In this document: piece after piece, positions 43,231 to 51,202 of the stretch
How positions within the stretch are numbered: position 1 is the first letter of the stretch
Layout: each line of letters opens with the position of its first letter
NCBI GenBank assembly: GCA_042570925.1
Contig: JBHPFX010000005.1
Location: 4,969-68,968 of the forward strand
DNA: 64,000 nucleotides
Direction of reading: 5' to 3'
Source: Patescibacteria group bacterium
Lineage (GTDB): Bacteria > Patescibacteriota > Patescibacteriia > UBA10025
Translations under genes and position numbers: made by a program
Notes under the pieces: model-generated
The model's input: only the letters and a program-made list of their open reading frames with translations
What the model was told of the DNA's origin: nothing
Databases searched by the model: none

Positions 43231-44202
43231 ATGGAGTACCTTCACAAACCCGTTCTTCTCAAAGAAGCTCTTACCTTTTTGCATCTTGCCGAAGGTAATA
43301 ATGCCATTGACTGCACACTGGGAGAAGGTGGACACTCAATGGAGATTTTGAAAGTCATCGCCTCGACACACGGGGCTGGCAAGCTTCTCGCAATTGATCT
43401 TAATGCAGATACTATTGAGCGAGCACGAGAGAGACTTGCAGATTATGCTGATCACGTAGTATTTGAAAAAGACTCATTTGCACACCTCAGTGATATTGTT
43501 TCGCGCAATGAGTCATTCAAGCAGGTACATGGGATTCTCATAGATTTTGGACTTTCAACATACGAGTTGAAAGAAGGGGGGCAAGGTTTCTCATTTGAGA
43601 AGGACGAACCATTAGATATGCGTCTAGACCGGTCGCAGGACCAAACAGCCGCTGACGTTGTTAACCAGTGGCCGGAAGACAAACTCATCTGGATTTTTCA
43701 GGAGTACAGTCAAGAGAATTTTTCAAAATACATTGCTGCGGAAATTTGCCGAGTCAGACGGCAAAGCAAAATATTACATTCGCGGCAGCTTACGGAGATT
43801 GTGCTCCTGGCGATCCGGACCAAACTTGGTTCGAAGAAAAAAGTTCCCTGGGTCGGGGGACGGCATCCAGCAACAAAAGTTTTTCAAGCGTTACGCATAG
43901 CGGTGAATAACGAGCTGGAAAATGTGAAGAACGTTCTTCCCCAAGCACTCGATACACTGCGTATCGGTGGACGACTCGTCGTTATCTCATTTCATTCTTT
44001 AGAAGATAGAATAGTAAAAAACTATTTTCGCCAGGAATCACGTGATTGCCTCTGTCCTCCTGAACGACCGACGTGCACCTGCAACCACACCAAGCGTGTA
44101 CGCCTCCTGACGAAAAAAGTTATCACACCATCAGACGAAGAAAAAAAACTAAACCCCGCTTCGCGGAGCGCTAAGCTCCGGGCGGTAGAAAAAATAACAT
44201 GA
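43231..44202 (+). CDS. rsmH: 16S rRNA (cytosine1402-N4)-methyltransferase
   Basis: 'HKPVLLKE', 'DCTLGEGGHS', 'DFGLST', 'ISFHSLEDRIVK', 'SRSAKLR'. Confidence 0.95.
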   Translation: MEYLHKPVLLKEALTFLHLAEGNNAIDCTLGEGGHSMEILKVIASTHGAGKLLAIDLNADTIERARERLADYADHVVFEKDSFAHLSDIVSRNESFKQVHGILIDFGLSTYELKEGGQGFSFEKDEPLDMRLDRSQDQTAADVVNQWPEDKLIWIFQEYSQENFSKYIAAEICRVRRQSKILHSRQLTEIVLLAIRTKLGSKKKVPWVGGRHPATKVFQALRIAVNNELENVKNVLPQALDTLRIGGRLVVISFHSLEDRIVKNYFRQESRDCLCPPERPTCTCNHTKRVRLLTKKVITPSDEEKKLNPASRSAKLRAVEKIT

Positions 44203-44582
44203 AAACATATACGCCACGCCGATCTCGAAATTTCCGCCGTTCAAGATTCTTTAATCGGCAGAGTACACCAAAGAAACCCATGAAGCTTGGGTCCATTGAG
44301 CTCGACGCTTTGATGCTGAATGGAATTGTATTAGCAATGATAATCTTTGTTGGGTTATCATATTTACTTGTTATCAACCAGACATCCGTGGGCGGCTTTG
44401 AAATAAAAGAGCTTGAACGAGCCAATGAGGCTACCAAGCAGGAAAATCGTCAGCTTGAGCTTACCCGTGCTGAACTTCACTCTCTGGTAGCTATCGAAGA
44501 GGCAAGCAAAGAGCTCAACATGGTTGCCGTGACTGACTTTGAATATCTCCCTTCAGTTGGCAGTATTGTAGCCGTCAAGTAA
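44199..44582 (+). CDS. ftsL: FtsL-like cell-division protein
   Basis: ATGA overlap with rsmH. Basic N-terminus, one TM helix, and a coiled coil 'EIKELERANEATKQENRQLELTRAEL'. Confidence 0.65.
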   Translation: MKTYTPRRSRNFRRSRFFNRQSTPKKPMKLGSIELDALMLNGIVLAMIIFVGLSYLLVINQTSVGGFEIKELERANEATKQENRQLELTRAELHSLVAIEEASKELNMVAVTDFEYLPSVGSIVAVK

Positions 44583-44681
44583 GACATTCGACAATATATT
44601 CGTGAAAAAAAAGAGACCTCTAACAACGCGAGCATAAGAACACTTGAGCGAGAGGTCTTTTTCGTTTAAAATAGCATAATT

Positions 44682-46424
44682 ATGCGCCGTTATTCACATT
44701 CAAGGAAAGAAAAGCACCCGTCACTCGAACGCATAGGCGTTTTACGGATTCTGCTTATGATATTCAGTCTTGCGATCATTGCACGCTTAGCTCACGTACA
44801 GCTTTTTCAAAATGAATTCTATACGGCGTTGGCTGAAGGACAACACACGCTCTTTGAGCAATTACAGCCCACGAGAGGAGAAATTTATGTTCGTGAAGAT
44901 GGGGAACTGTATCCTCTGGCAGCAAACAAAGATTATTACGAAGTATACGCAGTACCATCTAATATTCATGAACCGGAAGAAACCGCAAAGGCATTACAAG
45001 AACATTTAGAGCTGGAAGATGAAGAAATTCTTCCACGGCTTTCAAAAAAAGGTGACCTGTATGAACCAGTCGCTACACAGGTAGAAGAAGAAGTGGTGAA
45101 TAAACTTCGTGAGATGGAACTTGAAGGAATTGGTTTTCGAAGAGAAGTGCACAGATATTATCCCGAAAAAAATATCGGAAGCCATCTCATTGGTTTTGTC
45201 GGATTTCAAGATGACAAGCGTGTTGGTCAGTACGGATTGGAAGGGTATTGGAATGAGGATTTAGCCGGTACACAAGGATTCCTTGAAGCGGACCGGGATG
45301 CAAGTGGCAGGTGGATTACTGTTGGATCAAAAACATTGGAAGATAAAAAGGATGGAGATAGCCTGGTACTCACCATTGATCGCACTATTCAATACAAAGC
45401 TTGTGCGGAGCTTAATGCGGCTGTTGAGAAACATGGTGCGTCAAGCGGCTCACTCGTCATTATGGAACCATCCACGGGAAAAATTCTTGCTATGTGCGGA
45501 TCGCCTGATTATGATCCAAATACATACAATGAAGTAGAGGACATCAACGTGTACCTGAATCCTTCAACATATTATCTTTATGAACCCGGGTCGGTATTTA
45601 AACCGTTAACGATGGCGGCGGCACTCAATGAAGGAAAAGTAACACCGAATTCAACTTATGAAGATACTGGCAGTGTGGAAATCGGAAAATACACGATTAG
45701 AAATTCCGATGGGAAGGCACATGGCATCAATACCATGACTCAGGTGTTGGAAAAATCGCTCAATACCGGCGCAATATTCGCTGCACGTCAAATCGGTCCA
45801 GAAAAGTTTGAAGAATATGTGAAACGATTTGGATTTGGAGAACTGACGGGTGTTCAGGTGGACAGTGAGTTAAACGGTGATATATCAACCCTTGCGAGGC
45901 ACAGCGAAATTTTTATGGCTACGGCATCGTTTGGGCAGGGAATTACGGTAAATCCAATTCAATTAGTTGCCGCATTTGGCGCGATTGCGAATGACGGTAT
46001 TCTTATGAAGCCATATGTGATAGATGAAGTAATTAAATCTGACGGGACATCGATCATGGCTGAGCCCGAAGCTGTTCGTGAAGTCATTACACCGGAAACG
46101 GCTGCTAAGTTATCTGCGATGCTTGCTAATGTTGTACAAAATGGTCACGGTCAGCGGGCAGGTGTTGATGGTTATTTCGTAGCTGGGAAAACAGGAACTG
46201 CGCAGATTCCATTGGAAGGAGCTGTAGGATACGATCCAAATCAAACGATTGGCTCGTTTATCGGTTTTGCGCCTGTGGATGACCCGAAGTTTGTCATGCT
46301 GGCAAAGATTGATCGTCCGCAGGACGTTCAATTTGCAGAAAGTTCCGCTGCTCCGCTCTTTGGTAGAGTAGCAGCATTTTTGTTACCATATATGGGTGTT
46401 GCACCAACAGATACTTCACCATGA
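44682..46424 (+). CDS. ftsI: Penicillin-binding protein 2/3-type transpeptidase
   Basis: TM anchor, PBP dimer domain, and the SxxK 'GSVFKP', SxN 'KSLNTG' and KTG 'GKTGTA' motifs. Confidence 0.9.
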   Translation: MRRYSHSRKEKHPSLERIGVLRILLMIFSLAIIARLAHVQLFQNEFYTALAEGQHTLFEQLQPTRGEIYVREDGELYPLAANKDYYEVYAVPSNIHEPEETAKALQEHLELEDEEILPRLSKKGDLYEPVATQVEEEVVNKLREMELEGIGFRREVHRYYPEKNIGSHLIGFVGFQDDKRVGQYGLEGYWNEDLAGTQGFLEADRDASGRWITVGSKTLEDKKDGDSLVLTIDRTIQYKACAELNAAVEKHGASSGSLVIMEPSTGKILAMCGSPDYDPNTYNEVEDINVYLNPSTYYLYEPGSVFKPLTMAAALNEGKVTPNSTYEDTGSVEIGKYTIRNSDGKAHGINTMTQVLEKSLNTGAIFAARQIGPEKFEEYVKRFGFGELTGVQVDSELNGDISTLARHSEIFMATASFGQGITVNPIQLVAAFGAIANDGILMKPYVIDEVIKSDGTSIMAEPEAVREVITPETAAKLSAMLANVVQNGHGQRAGVDGYFVAGKTGTAQIPLEGAVGYDPNQTIGSFIGFAPVDDPKFVMLAKIDRPQDVQFAESSAAPLFGRVAAFLLPYMGVAPTDTSP

Positions 46425-46455
46425 TCACTACTAAATAAGCAACAGTCAATATTTA

Positions 46456-47073
46456 ATGACAGATAAATATATGGCTCAAGAAATGAACAATGTAATAACC
46501 TCAAAACCGAGGAGCAAATGGAAAATATTAAGACGAGTGATCTGGATTGTTGCTTTATTGGTATTTGCCCTTGTAATTGAATTAATAGGACCGATTGTCC
46601 TCAAGGTTGGTGATAAGTACGATATGGATCCTGTAGAAGTAATTAACGTTGATTCTTGGAGTCGCTACCCTATAGGCTCTTTTTGGGATGGTTTTTTAAA
46701 GGATCGTATTGACAAGAGCCAGTCCGAATATGAAGACCTTATTTGCGACTTTTCAATATATGGATTCCCTTTTCATTCTCATTACGGAGGTTATTCAAGA
46801 AATGTATGTGAAAAATATCCTGAGGCTCACGAATGTGGAGGGATTTTTATGATGTGGACGGACACTCAATTTTGCAGCGATTTCACTCATTATAGGTGGT
46901 TTGCAGGAATAATAAACATATTAGTTTTCTTTACACTTTTTATGAGTATTGACTGGCTGGCGAGAAAAAGAAGAAAGCGAATGTACTATTTTCTGATTCC
47001 AGTGGTAATTATAGTGTTGTACCTTATTACATTGATATTTACCGGTGGAGGTGCAATTTCTATCGGCTTATAA
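46456..47073 (+). CDS. Membrane protein of unknown function inserted in the dcw cluster
   Basis: Three TM helices and a Cys/His/aromatic-rich extracytoplasmic loop. It occupies the slot where murE usually sits. Confidence 0.55.
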   Translation: MTDKYMAQEMNNVITSKPRSKWKILRRVIWIVALLVFALVIELIGPIVLKVGDKYDMDPVEVINVDSWSRYPIGSFWDGFLKDRIDKSQSEYEDLICDFSIYGFPFHSHYGGYSRNVCEKYPEAHECGGIFMMWTDTQFCSDFTHYRWFAGIINILVFFTLFMSIDWLARKRRKRMYYFLIPVVIIVLYLITLIFTGGGAISIGL

Positions 47074-48399
47074 TTGACCGGTAAAATATTAACTAAAATG
47101 ATAATCCTAAAAAAAATCCTTGAATGGAAGTTACAGATAGTTACTCGGCTTATTATCAAAAAATATCAGCCGAAGATTGTTGGTGTTACTGGCAGTGTTG
47201 GCAAGACGTCAACGAAGGAGGCAATTTACACGGTACTGAAGTCCAAGTTTCGAACTGGTAAAAACTTAAAAAACTACAACAATGAAATTGGTGTCCCGTT
47301 GGCAATTCTCGGCGAAGAGACAGGGGGAAAGAATCCGTTCATCTGGTTTGGTATTTTTTGGAGAGCCTTCTTGAAAATTCTTTTCAGAGATGATTCATAT
47401 CCGGAAATCCTCGCTGTTGAAATGGGAGCGGATAAAGCGGGGGATATTGGATATCTCACCAAACTGGCTCCTTGCACAGTCGGCGTGGTTACCGCAGTAA
47501 GCGGTGTGCACATGGAATTCTTTAAATCATTTGAACGAGTTGTTTCAGAAAAAAGAAAAATTATCAGTCATCTTCCCAAAGATGGATACGCAATTCTCAA
47601 TACAGATGACCCAGAGGTGATAAAAATGAAAGAGAAAACAAAAGCGAAAGTGCTGACATACGGTTTTTCTGAGCAGGCTGATATCAGAGGTATCGATCCT
47701 CAGGTAAGTCATGGCCCGCCTGACACGCCCAAGCGACCCATAAGTATCCAAGGTATCAGTTTTAAAGTTGCGTATGACGGCAGTACCGTGCCGATGTTTC
47801 TTCCGTCAGTTCTCGGAAGACACCAGGTACTCGGAGGACTTGCCGCTGTAGCAGTCGGCGTAGCATTTTCTCTCAATCTTCATGATATAGCGACTGCGTT
47901 AAAAGAATTTGTCTCGCCGCCGGGGAGAATGAACTTACTTCCGGGTATCAAATACACAAGTCTCATTGACGACAGCTATAATTCATCTCCAAAAGCAGCT
48001 ATCGCAGCACTGGATACTTTGAAATTAATTGACAATGGTGGAAAAAAGATCGCAGCGCTCGGTGATATGGCCGAGCTTGGCAGTGAAAGCGATACGGGCC
48101 ACGAAGAAGTCGGTAAGCATGCAGCAATTTCTGATCTGGATATCCTCGTGACTGTCGGTGAAAAAGCAAAAGTTATCGCACAATCAGCAAGAGAATCTGG
48201 AATGTCTGCTGACAGGGTTGTCTCATACGATCATGCGGAACAGGCTGGCAGATATATTCAAAAAATCATTGATACGGGCGACGTGGTCTTGATCAAGGGA
48301 TCGCAAGTTGCTCGTATGGAAAAAGTGACAAAAGAGCTAATGACAGAGCCTCTTCGAGCGAAAGACCTCCTGGTGCGACAAGGGGCTGAGTGGCAATAA
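47074..48399 (+). CDS. murF: UDP-N-acetylmuramoyl-tripeptide--D-alanyl-D-alanine ligase
   Basis: 'IVGVTGSVGKTSTKE', 'DDSYNSSP' and 'LGDMAELG'. The start is either TTG at 47074 or ATG at 47098. Confidence 0.9.
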   Translation: MTGKILTKMIILKKILEWKLQIVTRLIIKKYQPKIVGVTGSVGKTSTKEAIYTVLKSKFRTGKNLKNYNNEIGVPLAILGEETGGKNPFIWFGIFWRAFLKILFRDDSYPEILAVEMGADKAGDIGYLTKLAPCTVGVVTAVSGVHMEFFKSFERVVSEKRKIISHLPKDGYAILNTDDPEVIKMKEKTKAKVLTYGFSEQADIRGIDPQVSHGPPDTPKRPISIQGISFKVAYDGSTVPMFLPSVLGRHQVLGGLAAVAVGVAFSLNLHDIATALKEFVSPPGRMNLLPGIKYTSLIDDSYNSSPKAAIAALDTLKLIDNGGKKIAALGDMAELGSESDTGHEEVGKHAAISDLDILVTVGEKAKVIAQSARESGMSADRVVSYDHAEQAGRYIQKIIDTGDVVLIKGSQVARMEKVTKELMTEPLRAKDLLVRQGAEWQ

Positions 48400-48479
48400 A
48401 GTTGAATCGTAACCTGAATCACTTGTTGATTATTGAGGTTTTGATATTATTATATCGCTGAGCATTAATATACACACAT

Positions 48480-48935
48480 ATGAAAGCAATTGGCATTATT
48501 ATCGCAATACTGATTATCGGCGTTGTCGCTTGGCTTGTTATTGGGAATTCTAATGAAGAAGCGACAAATACAAATACGACAACAAATACGACTGCGAATA
48601 CGACAACAAACAGCGCCTCGAATGTGAATATATTTTACACTGATCCAACGGGTGAAAGTATGAGAGTATATACTGATTCATCAGGTTTTGATCCAGAGAC
48701 AGCTCGTATTGGAATTGGAGATGCGGTTTCTTGGTATAACAAAGATGAGGTGCAACATTATATTGCACCTGACGACCATCCGGATCATGTAAAATATTCA
48801 GGAATATGGGATGATGATGGGTCCGGTAATATTGCTCCGGCTGAGGTGTACTCTGTGATATTCTTTGAAGCGGGAACGTATGAATATCACGATCACTTGA
48901 ATCCAGATCTGACAGGAACAGTGGTTGTAGAATAA
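48480..48935 (+). CDS. Membrane-anchored cupredoxin-like protein lacking the Cys ligand
   Basis: TM anchor and an Asn/Thr low-complexity linker. The C-terminus 'GDAVSWYNKDEVQHY...GTYEYHDHLNPDLTGTVVVE' follows the cupredoxin strand pattern, but His replaces the usual Cys in 'Y.C..H'. Confidence 0.55.
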   Translation: MKAIGIIIAILIIGVVAWLVIGNSNEEATNTNTTTNTTANTTTNSASNVNIFYTDPTGESMRVYTDSSGFDPETARIGIGDAVSWYNKDEVQHYIAPDDHPDHVKYSGIWDDDGSGNIAPAEVYSVIFFEAGTYEYHDHLNPDLTGTVVVE

Positions 48936-48946
48936 ATATCTATACT

Positions 48947-48977
48947 AAAAGGCGGTTCGGAAACGAACTGCTTTTTT
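48947..48977 (+). terminator. Intrinsic terminator after the cupredoxin-like gene
   Basis: 'gcggttcg-gaaa-cgaactgc' followed by T6. Confidence 0.7.
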
Positions 48978-48991
48978 ATACCAAGGGTTGA

Positions 48992-49015
48992 CCCAGCCCT
49001 TCGCGAAGGGCTGGG
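48992..49015. promoter_or_regulatory. Perfect 24-nt palindrome flanked by GGGTTGAC direct repeats
   Basis: The palindrome 'cccagcccttcgcgaagggctggg' is bracketed by 'gggttgac' at 48985 and 49013. The right-hand copy forms the -35 of the next promoter. Confidence 0.4.
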
Positions 49016-49043
49016 TTGACAAATCTTCTATTTATGCTAGTAT
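49016..49043 (+). promoter_or_regulatory. Promoter TTGACA-N16-TAGTAT
   Basis: Read directly from the sequence, upstream of the CDS at 49088. Confidence 0.45.
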
Positions 49044-49087
49044 CCGTAGTTAATTGGTTGCACTTTTTCATCTTCAGGGAGGATTCA

Positions 49088-49438
49088 ATGGAAACACTGA
49101 GAGCAGTATTGGTATGGATGGGCGAACCAGAAACTATGGCCGTTTGCTGGTTTCTGCTTTGCATTCCTGTTGCCGGCGTGGCGGCGATGCTTCATCGGCC
49201 AAGATTACCTGATTGGTTCCAGGCGGCGGTGACGTTTGTCGCATTCGGAATTGCATTTTATGTCGGCAGTATCATCCCGGCATTCGTGGTTCCAAGTTTC
49301 ACTGGTGAGACAGTCATCGCTGGCTATATCTCCGGTGGTTTCTTCGGCGGCGGTGGCATCCTGATGTTGCTCATTGGCGGACTGGCTATTGTTGCCAGAA
49401 ACCTTCGTAGCGGCGCTCATGCACTATCCGTTTCATAG
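49088..49438 (+). CDS. Small polytopic membrane protein
   Basis: I chose the ATG at 49088 because GGGAGG lies 6 nt upstream. Three or four TM helices and a Gly-rich 'GGFFGGGG'. Confidence 0.5.
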   Translation: METLRAVLVWMGEPETMAVCWFLLCIPVAGVAAMLHRPRLPDWFQAAVTFVAFGIAFYVGSIIPAFVVPSFTGETVIAGYISGGFFGGGGILMLLIGGLAIVARNLRSGAHALSVS

Positions 49439-49913
49439 AACGCGACCACTCCGAGCTCAACTCTTTGAAAATCGAGAGAAGATAACTGTGCGATCGATGT
49501 AATCTGTCCCACTAATAAACAATAGGCAGAACATTACATCGCCAAGTCGTTTTCTCTGGTACGCAATGCCGGATGGTGTCAGTGAGCACCGTTTGGCGAG
49601 CCGCCTTGTATCCGACTCTTTACGAGTTGGACCGGGGCGGTTTTTTTATTGAAAGGAAAGATTTCACTAAAGCGAGGTACTTTTTGGTCCCAAAAAGTAC
49701 CCAAAAAGTCCTGGGGTTTCTATTCGCTTGGTTGTTGAATTTAGATATTTATCTAGGATGGGCTCAGAGAAACCCCAGACCCCAAATCTAGGATTGTTTA
49801 AGAGAACTGAAATCATAAGGAGAGGTTTTTTTATTGGGACAAAGCTTTACATTTATTCATTATTACTGTATCTTGAGATGAAAATAAAAAGCACCTCAAA
49901 AAGGGACTTGAGC

Positions 49914-50168
49914 ATGGCAGAGACATTCTGGGGAAGAAAAGGTTCGTCTAATAGAAGGGGATCGGAATTACCCCCACCGGTACCGCAAGCGTGTACGGAT
50001 CCTCGATGGGGTAAATTCTTACCTAATTATCTAATAGGTCGTTTACCAGGTCCGACACACAAAGTGGTTGATGGACATATTAAAAAATGTCCTTCATGCC
50101 AGGGAGAGGTAGAAGCATATCGGAAACCCCCAGCAAAAAAACGTTCACGAAAAAATGAAAGACGATAG
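49914..50168 (+). CDS. Mini-protein with zf-HC2 (anti-sigma ZAS-type) motif, copy 1
   Basis: 'C-x27-H-IKK-C-PS-C' gives the H-x3-C-x2-C motif. It shares 'PPxVPQxCTxPRWGKFL' with copy 2. No TM segment. I chose the ATG at 49914 rather than the long ORF start at 49728. Confidence 0.5.
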   Translation: MAETFWGRKGSSNRRGSELPPPVPQACTDPRWGKFLPNYLIGRLPGPTHKVVDGHIKKCPSCQGEVEAYRKPPAKKRSRKNERR

Positions 50169-50202
50169 GAGCGTCAAGATAGAAGCAAAAAGGGAGGGCT
50201 AA

Positions 50203-50397
50203 TTGACGCCACGGCAAGAACCAAGAAGAGCACCACCGTCAGTTCCTCAAGAATGCACGAATCCGCGGTGGGGGAAGTTCCTTGATCGATTCCTTGTAAC
50301 GAAGGATCTGCCGCCATCGACAGCGCGCCGCGTCCAGAACCATCTCGATGTATGCGCCAAATGTCATGCAGAAGCGGAAGCGTTCTGGGTGAACTAA
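50203..50397 (+). CDS. Mini-protein with zf-HC2 (anti-sigma ZAS-type) motif, copy 2
   Basis: TTG start with GGGAGGG upstream. The motif is 'HLDVCAKC'. It is a paralogue of copy 1. Confidence 0.55.
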   Translation: MTPRQEPRRAPPSVPQECTNPRWGKFLDRFLVTKDLPPSTARRVQNHLDVCAKCHAEAEAFWVN

Positions 50398-50419
50398 CGC
50401 TCGAATGCAAGTCATGCCA

Positions 50420-50455
50420 GTGGAGCTGCGGATAATTATCCAAAGCTCCACTTTT
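50420..50455 (+). terminator. Terminator after ZAS-like copy 2
   Basis: The stem gtggagc/gctccac encloses the palindrome ggataattatcc and is followed by T4. Confidence 0.55.
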
Positions 50456-50461
50456 CATATC

Positions 50462-50501
50462 TAAATAAATAAGGAACCCCGCGCCGTTGAACGGAGCGGG
50501 G
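50462..50501 (-). terminator. Terminator after yjbQ
   Basis: The stems ccccgc/gcgggg and ccgtt/aacgg are followed by a U-rich tail on the minus strand. Confidence 0.55.
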
Positions 50502-50525
50502 TGTCTATCGTAGAGCAATGAACTC

Positions 50526-51017
50526 TTACGATCTGAAGTGGCCATCGAGTCGGATCAGTATGGTACGTTTGCGGGGATTGTCAGGTTGCCAATCGCATTC
50601 GGCCAAGATAACTCTTTGCCATCTGCCACGGGTGATTTTTCCGTTAGCAAACATGAGATCAATGCTCAGGGGCAAGAGAAGGCGTTTGCCGTGCGAATGA
50701 CCGTTTTGGCATTCACCTATGCACATATTGGCAACCCGTCTTGTGAAATCGTCGTGGACGTACACACCAGTCAACGGGGCGAATTTGTCCAATCGCGCGG
50801 CAAGATCACGTAACAGGCACTTTTCATATTCCTGGACGATGATCGCCGCAGTCGTATGCAGAGTCTGAATACGGACATCACCATCGATAAATCCCGCTTT
50901 TCGGATAGCTTGTTGCACCCTGTGGGTGATAGCTATCCACTTCATACCATATGCAGTTGTAATACCCCGATCTGCTGAATCGATGACTACCTTAATTACG
51001 GCAGTCGTTCGTGTCAT
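50526..51017 (-). CDS. yjbQ: YjbQ/UPF0047 family protein (secondary thiamine-phosphate synthase-like)
   Basis: 'IQTLHTTAAIIVQEYE' and 'NGHSHGKRLLL' ... 'GKITRGRWQRVILAECD'. The start was set at the ATG preceded by GGAGG. Confidence 0.8.
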   Translation of the reverse strand: MTRTTAVIKVVIDSADRGITTAYGMKWIAITHRVQQAIRKAGFIDGDVRIQTLHTTAAIIVQEYEKCLLRDLAARLDKFAPLTGVYVHDDFTRRVANMCIGECQNGHSHGKRLLLPLSIDLMFANGKITRGRWQRVILAECDWQPDNPRKRTILIRLDGHFRS

Positions 51018-51110
51018 GTCAGGCCTCCAATGCACTGTTTGTTTTCTACCGTGCCCATTATAATCCTGTATGTGTAGATATGTCAAAAGTTAATTTGCTG
51101 GGTTCGCGCT

Positions 51111-51134
51111 CGGTGGGTGGTTTTTTGTATTGAC
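51111..51134 (+). repeat. Direct repeat 'cggtgggtggtttttt(gt)attgac', left copy
   Basis: It matches 52310..52331 apart from a 2-nt indel. The two copies flank the SLT gene. Confidence 0.7.
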
Positions 51135-51202
51135 GACGAACTCTGATTTTGATACTGTTTTGTAACGTATAAACAAAAATCGAAACCCTAGAGGAGGACA
51201 CC

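Noticed and set aside
44199-44202. Alternative genetic code (UGA recoding, as in some CPR lineages).
   Set aside because: TGA functions as a stop. One example is the rsmH stop inside the ATGA overlap with ftsL, and ATGA overlaps also occur at 30798, 53429 and 59236. All conserved proteins read through intact with code 11.
49573-49913. ORF 49573..49791 and the N-terminal 62 codons of ORF 49728..50168.
   Set aside because: The region is full of hairpins, inverted repeats and terminator-like T-runs. The paralogue at 50203 shows that the conserved protein begins near 'PP.VPQ.CT', so the downstream ATG at 49914 is the plausible start.
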